The notes under the pieces are model-generated. The model was not told the origin of the DNA and made no database searches. It saw only the letters and a list, made by a program, of their open reading frames with translations. DNA of 64,000 nucleotides from assembly GCA_034780895.1 (NCBI GenBank), contig JAUZTB010000066.1, positions 22,604,242-22,668,241 on the forward strand. The letters are read 5' to 3'. A program made the position numbers and the translations under genes. Positions 12,094 to 24,660 of the stretch are shown piece after piece; within the stretch, counting starts at the first letter, position 1; every line of letters starts with the position of its first letter. The DNA comes from Rhynchobatus australiae. Lineage: Eukaryota.

Positions 12094-14684
12094 GAGAAAT
12101 TAAGTTAATTCTGTTAAATTATTTTGCTTTGGTTTCATGCTTTCTTCCTTTAACTTTATCTCAATCGTTACTAATCTATTAACATCTCACCGTCAGAGAG
12201 TGCAATGGTGAGAACTTCAGCTGCCAAAGTCCCGTCCCGTCCCACCCCCAGCTTTCCTTGCTGTCAAAGGCTGTCAGCACTAACTGGGTAAGGTCATGTG
12301 TGGGGTACCAGAGCCAATGATTCCAGGTTGGGGGATCTGGGACACAATTATTGAGGCAATTGTGCTACAAAAAGATATTGAGGAAGTAGGCATTACCTAA
12401 TCAGATGCATGGCTGTTTGTATCTGCAGATTAGGGTTTTGATGCTTATAAGTTGACTATCTGTCTGAATATAGGCTTTGGTGAGCAAAATGAATCACGCC
12501 CAACATTTTAGATTTCCCAATATAATTCTCACCCAGTTCACAAATGAATTCTACCAGTCAGTTAATCTGCTGATGTACATGGTGTAAGATGAAAGAAAGT
12601 GAGCCTCAGATACTTCTAAGTGCATAGTTATAGCAAAGAATTGTTTCTGACTACTACTAAAGTTATTGGACACACGCGCCAAGAAATTGCTTTGGTGTTC
12701 TAAGCCGTCACAGTTCTTGCCATCAGAACCTAACCATTTCTCCTGCAGAAAAATCATGGAATTAGCCAAAAGAGGTTTGAAAAAGCATGGGGGTAGCTTA
12801 TACCTTAAAAGACGCACTGAAACAGGATTCACACAATTCCTGATAGGAGTTGCAAGATCCATTGCCATTCTCACATCTTTGCAGAGCTGTGTTCAGGAAT
12901 GGTCAGCAGATCTTATAGGATCATGGGAGCCACAGATAAGATGCACCGAAGGCTGCCATGAAGGCGAGGGAAACTGTTGGGAAGCTGGGATATTATGATC
13001 GTCAGTGTGGGTTGGGCACCTCTCCATTTCCCTTGTGAGTGGTGCAAGCCACTGTGATGTGAGGGATTGGTCAGTCAGGTAGAGATTGTGGAATGATGTA
13101 CTGATATGCAGAGAATGAAAAGGCTGTGACAATNNNNNNNNNNNNNNNNNNNNNNNNNNNNNNNNNNNNNNNNNNNNNNNNNNNNNNNNNNNNNNNNNNN
13201 NNNNNNNNNNNNNNNNNNNNNNNNNNNNNNNNNCTGTGAAAATGAGGGAGCAAGGAAAGATAATAGGGAAAATAATCTGACAAGTGGAAATGTGTTCGGC
13301 AGATGTTTTGATCAATGCATTGACATCAGAATGGAGACATTTTTGCTTCTCATTGCAGATTTCAGAATATTGTGCTCCTTGTTATTTTTTTGTAATAATT
13401 CAGTGAAGTCATAGGTTGTGCCTTTGTGCTCCAAGTTATGTCCATAAAGGCAGAAATAGACACGGTGAGACAAAAAATGTCATTAGCTCTGTGCCTGCTG
13501 TTAGGAAAACGCGAATAGCCAACTGGTCTCATTTCTCAGTGAGTGTGATTTTTCCTGGAAACAGTTGATGGTGTGATTTAACCTGTGGTTTATGTAAAAT
13601 CAATTTGATGTGAGATTCACATATAATTGCCTCAAATAATTTTTGCATTTATTTAGCGCTAAAAGTTCTCTCTTGACAATAATAGTACTAGGATTTCCAC
13701 TACCGGGTACTTTTATGGAGACCTCACCCCTTTGACCTGGTTCCTTGCTAGGATTGAGAATATTAGTGGCCTTTTGACATTCTTTCCCCCAAAGCCAAAC
13801 TGAAACATCTATTTCTAATTTAAAGTTGCAAATTTAGAGCTGCTTGTGAAATAAGCAGCTGGATTACTGGTTCCTTCAGCAAGAGATGAGGAGTTAATGT
13901 GATTTCTAGAGTCAGGTTTGCCCAAAGAATCCACTTAGGTTCGTACGAAAAATGTTCATGATTGGAAGATAGGGTATACTCAGTTTTGTTGTCGCATTTC
14001 TTTATTAAAGAACAAACTAGATCAGTTATTGTTAAAAAAATATTGCCTTGCCAAATGCTAAACCTGTTCAATATTCACAGGGTATAATGTACTCAAACAA
14101 TTCTTCTGTGTTGCTTGGCTGCATCCAGATGCTGATTGCTTATGGCAGCCCAGTAATGCGTTGTCATCACAGGTTACCCAGTACTTGTTGGCTGCGGCCT
14201 AACATTGTATGAGACACAGTGTCATTTCAAAATCGTTTGATAGCGCTGATACTACAGTTATGTTGGGCAGCAACAACTGTAGAGGTCAGTGCGGGTGTCG
14301 GATGGAAGTATTACACCGAGAAGGCAGGAATGCATGTGGAATGTTAAACAGCAGAGACGTCTTACCTCTGGTGAATGCTTTATGATTTGGCCTGTGAATA
14401 TTTTAGGAGCACCCAGTGCCATTCTCCATGTGCATGCTTCTAATGAGCTGTGATTGTGTCCATTGTATTTAAAATCCCATTAATCTCATTGCATTCTACT
14501 TGCAACTAAGATAATTTACCATATTTCTGTGTAAGGATTTAGTTTCTGCTATGCACCTGGGCTTACCCATGGAGATAGATCTCTTGCAGGAAGCATCTAC
14601 TTTAGGGTCTTGGAAGTAGAATCTTTGTGAAATTATTTCTACAGAAGTCTTATTTTTCATACTATGGACATTTTTTGTGAAAGT

Positions 14685-14850
14685 AATATTGGTATTGGTT
14701 TTTTATTCACTTGTACCAAAGTACAGTGAAAAAAATGTCTTGCATACTGCTTGTACAGATCAATTCATTGCACGGTGCATTGAGGTAGTACAGGGTAAAA
14801 ACAATAACAGAATACAGAGTAAAGTGTCACAGCTACAGAGGAAGTGCAAT
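14685..14850 (-). mobile_element. 3' end of a LINE (Rex-Babar/L2-like) with short (CCAATA)n tail
   Basis: Plus strand starts tattggtattggttttttatt..cttgtacc.a.gtacagtgaaaa, the reverse complement of a LINE 3' UTR ending aataaa...ccaataccaata. Clade assignment is from recall only. Confidence 0.55.
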
Positions 14851-16167
14851 GCTCTCTTGGCAACACCTTTGAAATTAAATAGGCTACCCTGGCACCAAAA
14901 ATAGTTTGTAACAGAGACCTAGAGCAAGGAATCCCTGATGATGTGAATAAGGAACTGGTATGAGCTCTTCGTTTGTGGAACTTAAATAGACCTACGGTAA
15001 TACATCTATCCAGATTGAAATTAACTAACTCAGCAGAGACCGGGAAGTTCCATTGCAGTGAACTGGTTCTAGTGTAACACGTATTAATGGAAGCACAGTG
15101 CAGAATTATGCAAAATAAGTGGTGTGCTTCCAGTTTCTTTGGAATTTTGAAAAACTAATGTGTTTTTTTGGGGATTTAATCCATTTTTTGATTTCTAGAA
15201 ATATTATGATAGCAATTAATAAGATTGGTTTATAGGGTAAAGCGCTGTTAAATCTTCAAGACCAGTTAAGCCTCTCTCCTTGATTACACGTCAGAGTTGT
15301 GTGGACTGAAACAGTCGCAGAAACACCGCACTTCTGGTCTAGAGGATGGAAAAATCAGGCAGGATTTTACCTCCCTATTGTTGGAGAGTGTTCACATGTA
15401 GTTGCTAGCTAAGGTCAGGATTAAACTTGCTGTAATCCTCTCTTTCTGATGAACGTTCCATCAACATGCACTATCATTGCCTACATGTGACAGCCAGTTG
15501 GACAAAACACATGTGACCTGCAGGAGCTGGAGAATCGGATCGCAATATGAGCTGTTGTCTTCAGAAAAAAGAGAGGAATAAAAAGGCATGAATAATTGAA
15601 GAATGCAATATTCTGCTTAAATAATGCACATAGTAATGTAGACTTCATAGTAAGCAGTTAGAATAAATTACACAGGTGATTCTTTTTTATAGTTGAGCTT
15701 AATTTAGACCATAACAATGTACTTTCCCTATTTGTGAAGCATTGGACACACAAAGGCTCTGAGTTTTGTAACCTCCCATTTGTTATGAATTCCTCTGTCA
15801 TTAAATATTGATGGTTCTCTGCTGGCTCCGTGTTAGAAAGAGATACAGTGTTTGCAGGGGGGGTTGGGGGAGGCATTGGGCAGATAGGAAAAGAAAAACT
15901 TAGTCAGTCTTCAGCCTTAAAATGTAATGCTCACAGTAAGTTTACACAAACTATCTGCTCATAACCCCAATGTGACATTGTTGGATCTCCTGGATATATG
16001 AAAAAAAACAAAGCTTTTGTTTAACCAATTTGTCTATAAATGGCAACTGGTCAGCTGAGTGACACTCCTCTGTCAGTATCTCAAAGTAGAACATCTATTC
16101 TCATGATGCTCTCAATGGATCCAATCCTTGCTTTCCACATTTGCGTAGAAGGGAATAAACTTATCTT

Positions 16168-16338
16168 TAACAAAAACGAAAATGCTGGAAGCATCCAGCA
16201 GGTCAAGGAACATCGATGGGGAAGGAAACAGTGGATGTTGTATCTGTTCCTTTCTTCATGTATGCTGTTTGACCGACTGAGTGCTTCCAGTACATTATGT
16301 TTTCGATTCAGGTCTCCAGCATTAGCAAATTTTTGCTC
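16168..16338. mobile_element. Fold-back (inverted) pair of PLE terminal-repeat fragments
   Basis: Left arm aaaatgctggaagcatccagcaggtcaagga.catc is the reverse complement of right arm tatgctgtttgaccgactgagtgcttccagtacatt. Ribozyme core is deleted at the centre. Confidence 0.7.
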
Positions 16339-17371
16339 CAATTACAAGTTATTTTTGTTCGTGAGATCTCAATAACAGCATTGTGATATCAAAAATGAAA
16401 TTTTACATTATTTTTAATGCCGTCATCAAGGTACAAAAATGTTATATTAACAAGGAATTACTTGTATTGATCTTTTTATGACATTAGGACTTCCCCCAAA
16501 GCACTTGGCAGCTAATGAAGTACTTAAGTGTGGTCGCTCTTGTGATTGTCCTGTCACTAATGTGAGAATGCTCTTGAAGGGACATTGTTAATATCTTAAT
16601 GCTCCAGTTAATCACATCTGGACTGTAGATTCTACTGATGTACAAACAAGAAGTAAAAGGATCAGACAAATCAAAACTCATTTTTTCTTTTTGTTCCATA
16701 TTCCAGCAGTGTTACATTTCTCTTCCTCTTCCCCTGTGAAGCTTCATTTGTTCCAGATTGCAGGTTTTGTAATTTAAAGCTTCATTTAGCCCACAGAGAT
16801 ATTGTTGGGGCTTTGTACTGGGAAGAACAGAAGACTTCAACAGAGTCTTGTTGACTTCATATTTTAAAGAAGCATTGTACTTTTTTTGAAAATGTTGACA
16901 GCCCATTGACATAGTTCTCCCTTAGGTTATTTTTCTAAATAAGGAACTGGTAGTTTCTCTTAGTCACTTTTATCTTGCCTTGTTTACTAACATGTCAAAT
17001 AGTATGTGATAATCATGTGATTTTATAAGGAGAAAAAGGGCCACTACCATCAGTTTTCTAATGAAGGAAAGATACGAATATAAATTAATTATACTGAGAA
17101 TTTTAGTAAAGGACTATATATATTGATAATTTTTGCATTTATGATTTATTTACAAAAAATTGAATGAATGTTACGTTTGTCATGTGGAGAATTCAGTAGT
17201 ATGTATATCAGTTAATGGATTTAGTATATATGTACATATCAGTAGCACTCTTCATGTAGACTGTGAGTGAGTGAGAGATGAACTAAAATGAGAAAACAAA
17301 CAACCTAGTTAAGAGAATGAATGAATTGAACAATTGATTCCAGCTGATATTTGGCACTGTGCTGTTGAATT

Positions 17372-17500
17372 AGGAAATTGTGGATTCAAGTTCTACTCCA
17401 GGAGTTAAGCACATAATGTAGACTGCTACTGAAGCTTAATCCTATAGTATTCCTGGAGGTGAGACTTAGGCCCTATATGCTCTTACTGGTTGTTCAGTTG
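17372..17500 (+). mobile_element. DeuSINE-like SINE 5' fragment, highly degraded
   Basis: ttgtggattcaagttctactccaggagttaagcacataatgtagactg matches the head region of the copy at 37335. Confidence 0.5.
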
Positions 17501-20500
17501 ACTAGTTAAAGAGCTCCCTAGTCAACAATTTTCCCTTGACCAATGCTATAAAAACCGTTGAACTGCTCATTTGTTTCATTATGACTTATGCCATATTTGA
17601 AAGATGTGATGATGTGTTCTATGAATGTAAGCACGACAATTGCTGTAAATAATATTGGGCATGCAATCTGCTCCAGACCAGAGATTTCCCTGCAAGTAAA
17701 GGCAGGGGCTTGCATCTGACATTTCTAGCCTTGTTTTCACGTGATTAAGTACACCAATCTTTGCATCACAGACAATATCAAACTTCCTGCAATCAACTCA
17801 AATGCACAGTGATGAAACGCTTAGGGGTGGGTGTTCCTGAAGAGGCACAAGGCTGAAATTGTGCACTGGAGTTGTGACAATGACCAGACTGCTCTAGAGA
17901 ATACTCCCTTGGTTTACTATTAACAAAATCTTGTTTAACTTCTGTATTTCCTGTGTATGGTTCCCCTGCTGATGGAGGAAACCACCCTCTTCTGTACTTC
18001 TTTTGAGTGTTTCAACAACTCACTGTCATTTTTTTAACACCACTCCTCCTCCCACAGTAAGAAGTGAAGCCAGAAGACAGGATGATGTAAGATTCTAAAG
18101 TATGTTTGAAAACACTGTGTAGGGGAAATAGGTGGGATAGCAGGAGCCTCACTTAAATTCAGCAAAAAAATGTGTGTTCGAGGCGCATCAAGTGCATTTA
18201 TTTGTGAAGAAAATAATTTCATAGTGTGGAATTGAAGCCTAATTATCATATGCACCTGCATAAAGGATGGTAATGTGGCTTCAGAGACTGTTAATGTGGC
18301 TTGGTTCAGTAATTTCTTCCACAAATTTGAATTCAAAGCTAATATGCACTAGCTTGAGGCAAAACATGAACCTTCTTTTTGACTAATTTATTTTTCATTA
18401 AAAACAGATCTCTGGAGGTGCCATTTCTTCTCCTTGGAAAGGTAGCAAGTAACATATTATCATCTCCGTGCTTCAGTGTACGGACAATGATAAACTTCCA
18501 AANNNNNNNNNNNNNNNNNNNNNNNNNNNNNNNNNNNNNNNNNNNNNNNNNNNNNNNNNNNNNNNNNNNNNNNNNNNNNNNNNNNNNNNNNNNNNNNNNN
18601 NNNNNNNNNNNNNNNNNNNNNNNNNNNNNNNNNNNNNNNNNNNNNNNNNNNNNNNNNNNNNNNNNNNNNNNNNNNNNNNNNNNNNNNNNNNNNNNNNNNN
18701 NNNNNNNNNNNNNNNNNNNNNNNNNNNNNNNNNNNNNNNNNNNNNNNNNNNNNNNNNNNNNNNNNNNNNNNNNNNNNNNNNNNNNNNNNNNNNNNNNNNN
18801 NNNNNNNNNNNNNNNNNNNNNNNNNNNNNNNNNNNNNNNNNNNNNNNNNNNNNNNNNNNNNNNNNNNNNNNNNNNNNNNNNNNNNNNNNNNNNNNNNNNN
18901 NNNNNNNNNNNNNNNNNNNNNNNNNNNNNNNNNNNNNNNNNNNNNNNNNNNNNNNNNNNNNNNNNNNNNNNNNNNNNNNNNNNNNNNNNNNNNNNNNNNN
19001 NNNNNNAACATAAGTAATAAAAAACACATTGGTCTAAAAAATTGTTTCCACAATATCTAAAAGCTGGTGTTGTGCAAACAAAAATCATATAAATCTGTTG
19101 TGAACCAATTTTGCTCACATTTCCATACAAGTTAAAATGAGTTGTGAATAACATTGGAATTTTTATCGCAAGAATTTTGTGTATAGTGGAGTTGTTTTCC
19201 TGGTGTTCAGGTTATTAAGGAACTCGAAGAGAACTGTAATGCCATAAAGTTTATTTCTGACAAGATTTTCAACTGCGTTGGTCTGAAACACCACTGTGCT
19301 CTTCTCACTTAGGAACAAACAACTTTTAACAACACTGAAAGCTCAAAATGATGGTGACTTAAAAGAGTCAGCTGTATCTCCCCTGTATTCACAGGCAGAG
19401 AGCTGCACAACTCTACCCAAAAAATCTCAGGTGCACTGACCCACAATGGGATACCATTCTCCACATCCTTAGGTGGTTGTAGCAGGTTCCCCCTCAAAAT
19501 TAAGTGAACAAAAATCCACAAGAAGTGGTTACGTGTTCATCAGACCAGAAATGAATAAAACAAAACTAGAGAAAGACTAAAGAGTTGGCGTTTGTGGCAG
19601 GATGTTGCCAAGGGAGGCATCTGAAAGGGCATGAGATCCCTCTGTGAGTGGCTGCCTTTTTGGGAAGCATGCACTGCAGACAAATGCCCTTTCTGGGTGC
19701 TCATGTAAAAGTCACATTTATCAAAAATAGAAGCTTTCTTACTTTGCCAGTGAAGCTATTCTTGACTTCTGTATTATAATAGTAAATAGCACGTTGGCAT
19801 CTGTTAACAGGTTTTCTGAGCGACCTTGGCCCTGACTTTGAGAACAGTGGAGACACTTGTGTTTGGTTGCTAGGTAAACCTCAAGTAGCAACCAAATGAA
19901 CCTCCTCTGCTCTTGAAGTTTAAGTCAGAGTGACCCTACTGGAATGCTTGTCTCGGGTTCCTTGCAGGCTCTCTCTCCTGCGACTTGCCATATCTAATCT
20001 CCTGGTGCTCAGTGCTGCATTGTAGGTCAAGAATAGCTCAATTGGCAAAGCATCAACCTTTTGATGAATGAAACTTTTGCATTCACATGTGGAAGGGACT
20101 TTGGTTGCAGTGCAGGGCTTCCAAAACATAAGTATTTACATGGGGCATTCATTTCCCTTAGAGCAACCTCTCTCGAAACGTCTTGACATGTGTTCGCATT
20201 GCACTTTGCCTCCAACGTGTACTGTGTCGAGGAGCCTGTATAGTTTCTCTGTCCTCCCTGTGAGGACTCTGCCAGCCCCTCCCATCATTACAGTGTACAC
20301 TCATTCATTTTCATCCCTCTTCGGTAGTTGGAAGAATGCAGGTTGGATGGTAGTGTGACCTTTTAAGGGCCATCTCAGTGCTGTGAGGAATGTGCTGATA
20401 ACGTGGGAAATTGGACTCCAAACACCTGAAACAGAGTAGCATTGCACCACGGAACCCTTTCTTGCTGTTTTAGCACTGCCATTTTAATGCATGAAAAACA

Positions 20501-20519
20501 GTGCAGACGAATTTCTGGG

Positions 20520-20832
20520 CCTTATCTGGTCATTGTCACATTGCCCTCTGTGTGCAAACTCGCTGCCTTGTTCTAATATTGGAATAGTACCTATAGATTA
20601 GAAGTACTCCAGTGTCTTCGCCATTAGATTTCTGAACGATCCATGAACCCATGAACACTAGCTCATTATTCCTTTATTTTTGCGCTATTTATTTTTGTAA
20701 TTTATAGATTTTTATGTGCCCTGTACTGCTGCTGCAAAACAATACATTTCACGTCACATGTCAGTGACAGTAAATCTGATTCTTATTCTGATTCACTTGG
20801 GATGTTCTGAAGTTGACATGAAAAGTGCTATT
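20520..20832 (+). mobile_element. DeuSINE-like SINE 3' part, interrupted by a LINE 3' end
   Basis: ttatctggtcattgtcacattg..tgtgtgcaaact.gctgcc..gaagtact, resuming after the insertion with cttgggatgttctgaagttg..tgaaaagtgctat. Confidence 0.6.
20618..20794 (+). mobile_element. Rex-Babar-like LINE 3' end with (ATTCTG)n tail, nested in the SINE
   Basis: ccattagatttctgaacg.tccatgaacccatgaacact...gctgctgcaaaacaa..atttcacg...cagtaaatctgattcttattctgattc. Clade assignment is from recall. Confidence 0.6.
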
Positions 20833-21506
20833 TAAAACTTTTCTCCTTCATGATGCTGTTGGGCCCTGAATCTGCCTCTGGATTTTTTTTTCTAAGAATA
20901 GATCGAACCTTAGTTTTCATGTCGTGACAGTAGCTTATCTGTAATAATGACAACTAGCATCTGTGTAGCATTATTCCTGTTGTAAAGATTCATGAAGGAA
21001 GTGGAGACTCAGCAGACACTGGGGGATGTGACTGCAAGAATGCGTAAAAGGAGAAGTTTTTTTTGAAAGACTTTTATAAACAGGTGTGAAGTTATGAGNN
21101 NNNNNNNNNNNNNNNNNNNNNNNNNNNNNNNNNNNNNNNNNNNNNNNNNNNNNNNNNNNNNNNNNNNNNNNNNNNNNNNNNNNNNNNNNNNNNNNNNNNN
21201 NNNNNNNNNNNNNNNNNNNNNNNNNNNNNNNNNNNNNNNNNNNNNNNNNNNNNNNNNNNNNNNNNNNNNNNNNNNNNNNNNNNNNNNNNNNNNNNNNNNN
21301 NNNNNNNNNNNNNNNNNNNNNNNNGAGCAATCTGGGTGATCTGTGAGAGCCAGAAATTAAAGGCTGTTTCAATGAATACTGTTTCAATACTGAAAGGTAA
21401 ATAATTAAAGTAAAAAACATAATGTTATAGAGTCATAGAGTTACACAGCACAGAAACAGGCCCTTCTTCAACCGAATTTGTCCCTGCCGACCAAGTTGCC
21501 GACTTG

Positions 21507-21542
21507 AGTTCTGATGAAGGGTGTTGATCCGAAATGTCGACT
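21507..21542 (+). ncRNA. Minimal type I hammerhead ribozyme motif (PLE-type)
   Basis: agtt-CTGATGA-a-gggt(gttg)atcc-GAAA-tg-TC-gact. Core boxes are intact, stem II is gggt/atcc, stem I is agtt/gact, the cleavage triplet is GUC and stem III is minimal. Activity is untested. Confidence 0.65.
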
Positions 21543-21605
21543 GTTTATTTCCCTCCATGGATCCTGCCTGACCTGCTGAGTTTTCTCCAGCACTTTTTGT
21601 GCGTG
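21510..21605 (+). mobile_element. PLE terminal-repeat insertion inside the CR1 3' UTR, with ~14-bp TSD
   Basis: Family sequence ...ccctccatggatcctgcctgacctgctgagttttctccagcac. Flanks are ttgccgacttgagt (21496-21509) and ttgcctacctgagt (21606-21619), 12/14 identical. Confidence 0.8.
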
Positions 21606-24357
21606 TTGCCTACCTGAGTGAGTCCCTTTTGCCTGTGTTTGACCCATATCCCTCTAAACCTTTCCTATCCACATACCTGTCCAAATGTCTTTTAAACATT
21701 GTAATTGTACCAGCATCTACCACTTCCTCATCCCACATACCCATAACCCTTTGTATGGAGAAAGTTGCCCCTTACTTCCTCTTGAAATTTTCCCCCTCTT
21801 AAACCTATTCCCTCTGGTTTTACACTCCCTTACTCTGGGAAAAACATTGTGATCATTCACTCTCTCTATGGCCCTCATAACTTTAAATACCTTTATTAGG
21901 TCACCCTTCAGCCTCCTATGTTCCAGGGGGAAAAAAAGCCCCAGCTTTTCCTGTCTTTTCTTCTAGCTCAAGGCCTCCAGTCTGGTAACATCCTTGTGAA
22001 TCCTTTCTGCACCTTGTCCAGCTTAATGACATAGTTCCTGTAGCTTGGCAACCAAAATGCACACAGTACCCCAAGTGTGGTCTCACCAATATCTTGAACC
22101 ATTGTAACATGATATCACAGCTCTTGTATTTAATGTCCTGATCGATGAAGACAAGCTTGCCAAATGCCTTTTTCACCACCCTGTCTCCCAGTGTTGCCAC
22201 TTTCAGGGAACTATGTACTTGTATCCAATGTTCTCTCTGTTCTACAATACACCCCAGAGTTCTGCCATTTACTGTGCAAGTCCTGCCCTGGTCTAACTTC
22301 CCAAAATGCAACACTTCATACTTGTATGAGTTAACTTCCTTTGCCCTCTTTCCCAGTTGTTCTAGAACTTGTTGTAATCTTAAATAACCTTCCTCACTAT
22401 CCACGAAACCACCAATTTTGGTGTCATCTGCAAAATTACTGAACCATGGCACTTGTATTCTCATCCAAATCATTAGTATAGATGACGGACAACATTGGAC
22501 CCAGCACCAATCCCTGTGCCATACCGCTGGTCACAGGCCTCCAATCTGTAGAACAACCCTCCACTAACATCCTCTGACTGCTAGCATCAAGCCAATTTTG
22601 GATCCAATTGACCAGCTCACCCTGGATCCTATGTGATCTCACCTTCCAGACCAGCCTACCATGTGGAACCTTGTTAAAGGCCTTACTGAAGTCCACGTAA
22701 ACAATATCAATATAACCCAGCCCTCATCACTCATCTTGGTCACTCCCTTAAAAAACAATCAGACTGGTGCAATGTGATTTCCCATGCACAGAGCCATGCT
22801 GACTATCTTTAATCAGCCCTTGCTTTTCCAAATGCAAGTAGATCCTATCTCTCAGAATCCCCTCCAATAAGTTTCCCTCCAGCATGAATCTGAGAGATAT
22901 ACTGAAAAAATATGAGCTTTAGGAATATGGAAAAAGAATGCCAGAAATGTAGTGGTACTAATCTACATTTGAAAGCAAAAGTAAATTAATATTTGAGACA
23001 TAATATTTGAGATATGATCTTTTAGCACAGCTGTTGAGGTAAATAGGGAGTGAATTTATTAAAATCATGCAATGATTATTTGATTTTGCATTAATATAGA
23101 AGATCTAAACATAGCAACCATCACATTTTTATTCACAGAAGACAGCATAAACCAAGTAACTTAAGGTCAGTAAGGTTAATGTCAGTAATTTGAAACCACA
23201 ATGACAGTTTATTGGAAAGAAATCAATGTGATTTTGTAAATTGTATGCTATATCCAGCTTACATTAGAGTTCTTTGAAGTTTTGTTTTCACAGTACAACC
23301 ATATGAACTGGAATTCTGTGGGTTTTGTGAATTGGCTTTGAAAATTTTTCATTTTCACGTGATCTGAGATAGCAGTGGGCTAGATATCCCATGTAAGTGA
23401 CTTTAGAAAGCTTGTGATAAAACTTTATAATGAATTACCTTTAAATAAAGTGCATGGGAATGAAAATTATCCAGGTGAAGATTGTTATGAAAGTCATAAG
23501 CTGTTAACTTTCCTAGAAAGACNNNNNNNNNNNNNNNNNNNNNNNNNNNNNNNNNNNNNNNNNNNNNNNNNNNNNNNNNNNNNNNNNNNNNNNNNNNNNN
23601 NNNNNNNNNNNNNNNNNNNNNNTTATTCATGTTCATTGCATTCATAATACTTTTTTTTTAATTGCAGACTATTATTCTATTGTATAAAATACCAGAATTT
23701 GCATACAGAGGACTTAAGCAATGTTATGATAGGAGATATAATGAATTGTAAAGAACAAAAATATCCTCAAGGCTAAAAGTTTAATAAGTGAAGGGAACGT
23801 TGGCACACATAGCTGTACATGGTGGAGAATATGCAGTGCATAGTTCATGTGGGAATATCATTTTCTTTATGTTTTAAACTTTTGTTTGAAGGTCATAATG
23901 GAGATGATGTTCAAATATAGCACAGAACTACAAGCAGCACCTTGACAATGTTATGGTCATGGATGGTTGCTTCATCCTCTGGGTTTCCCTCATTGCCACC
24001 CCTCTCAGCATAATGAAAGACTTTGTTCAGCTGACTGCTTCTCCCTGATGACCTAGCTAAGATCAAGAACATGGAATAAGGTTAAGTCCACCATGCTACT
24101 ACAGCGCAATGCACTTTGTCAGCTAACTAGGAGACTTTAGCAGGATTTGCCTTCTGTGAACGATAAATGAAAGAGCAGTAAGAAATGTAAGATACCCTCT
24201 GCCAAATTTTCACACCTCTTTGCTCCATCATGTCAAAAAGGACAGAAATCAACTTACAAAACATTAGTCCCACAATACAATCTTAGTAAGGTCTTTGCTG
24301 ATTCTCTGAAATTTGCACTGCTCACAGTGCTGTTCGCTTTTAAGTTGATGAACTATC

Positions 24358-24660
24358 AGCCTAGACTGATGATCCAGAGATAAGAGTTCCAAGCCCACCA
24401 TTTAAATTCAGTTAATTAAATAATGGCTAATATCAGTAAAGGTGATGAAATTATTGGCTAGTCACTTAAAAAAAAAGTGGCTTTCCTTTCTCATGGGCAA
24501 ACCTTACCCGCTCTAGCCCAAATATGAGTTGATATCTACAACAATTTTTTTGACTCTTTACTAGCCCAGAAAGGCAAAATAGCTCAAGGACAGTGAGGAA
24601 GGGTGTGAGATGCTGGCTTTTGTCAGTGATGCCACATTCTGTAAAGGAAGAAAAGAAAAA
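24358..24660 (+). mobile_element. SINE-like repeat family A copy, degraded
   Basis: gatccagagataagagttccaagcccacc, atttaaattcag, gctaatatcagtaaaggtga and atgctggc...cagtgatgccacatt blocks shared with 552-872. Confidence 0.55.

Larger units (their letters stand above)
21424..22880 (-). mobile_element. CR1 LINE, 5'-truncated, RT domain through 3' UTR, pseudogenised
   Basis: Minus-strand frames give MDFSKAFNKVPHGRLVWKV, WRPVTSGMAQGLVLGPML, FADDTKIGG (RT catalytic motif) and LVRPHLGYCVHF, separated by frameshifts. The CR1 tail (tagagtcatagag..acagcacagaaacaggccc) is at 21424-21465. Confidence 0.95.

Noticed and set aside
12551-12998. Overlapping 107 and 110 aa ORFs on opposite strands
   Set aside because: No recognisable motif, and the lengths are compatible with chance in 64 kb.
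14363-14450. Minus-strand donor-like site (AG/GTAAG) suggesting an exon
   Set aside because: The upstream reading frames give no recognisable peptide and there is no convincing acceptor. Such motifs occur often by chance.
18339-19154. Long ORFs (180-290 aa) here and at 42910-43470 and 49306-50181
   Set aside because: They are almost entirely X residues from N gaps, which cannot contain stop codons.
19616-19700. 10-bp inverted repeat gaaagggcat/atgccctttc as a pre-miRNA
   Set aside because: The ~50-nt interior pairs poorly and the stem is too short.
22987-23014. 14-bp tandem duplication taatatttgaga[c/t]a
   Set aside because: Only two units. An ordinary slippage product, not an array.
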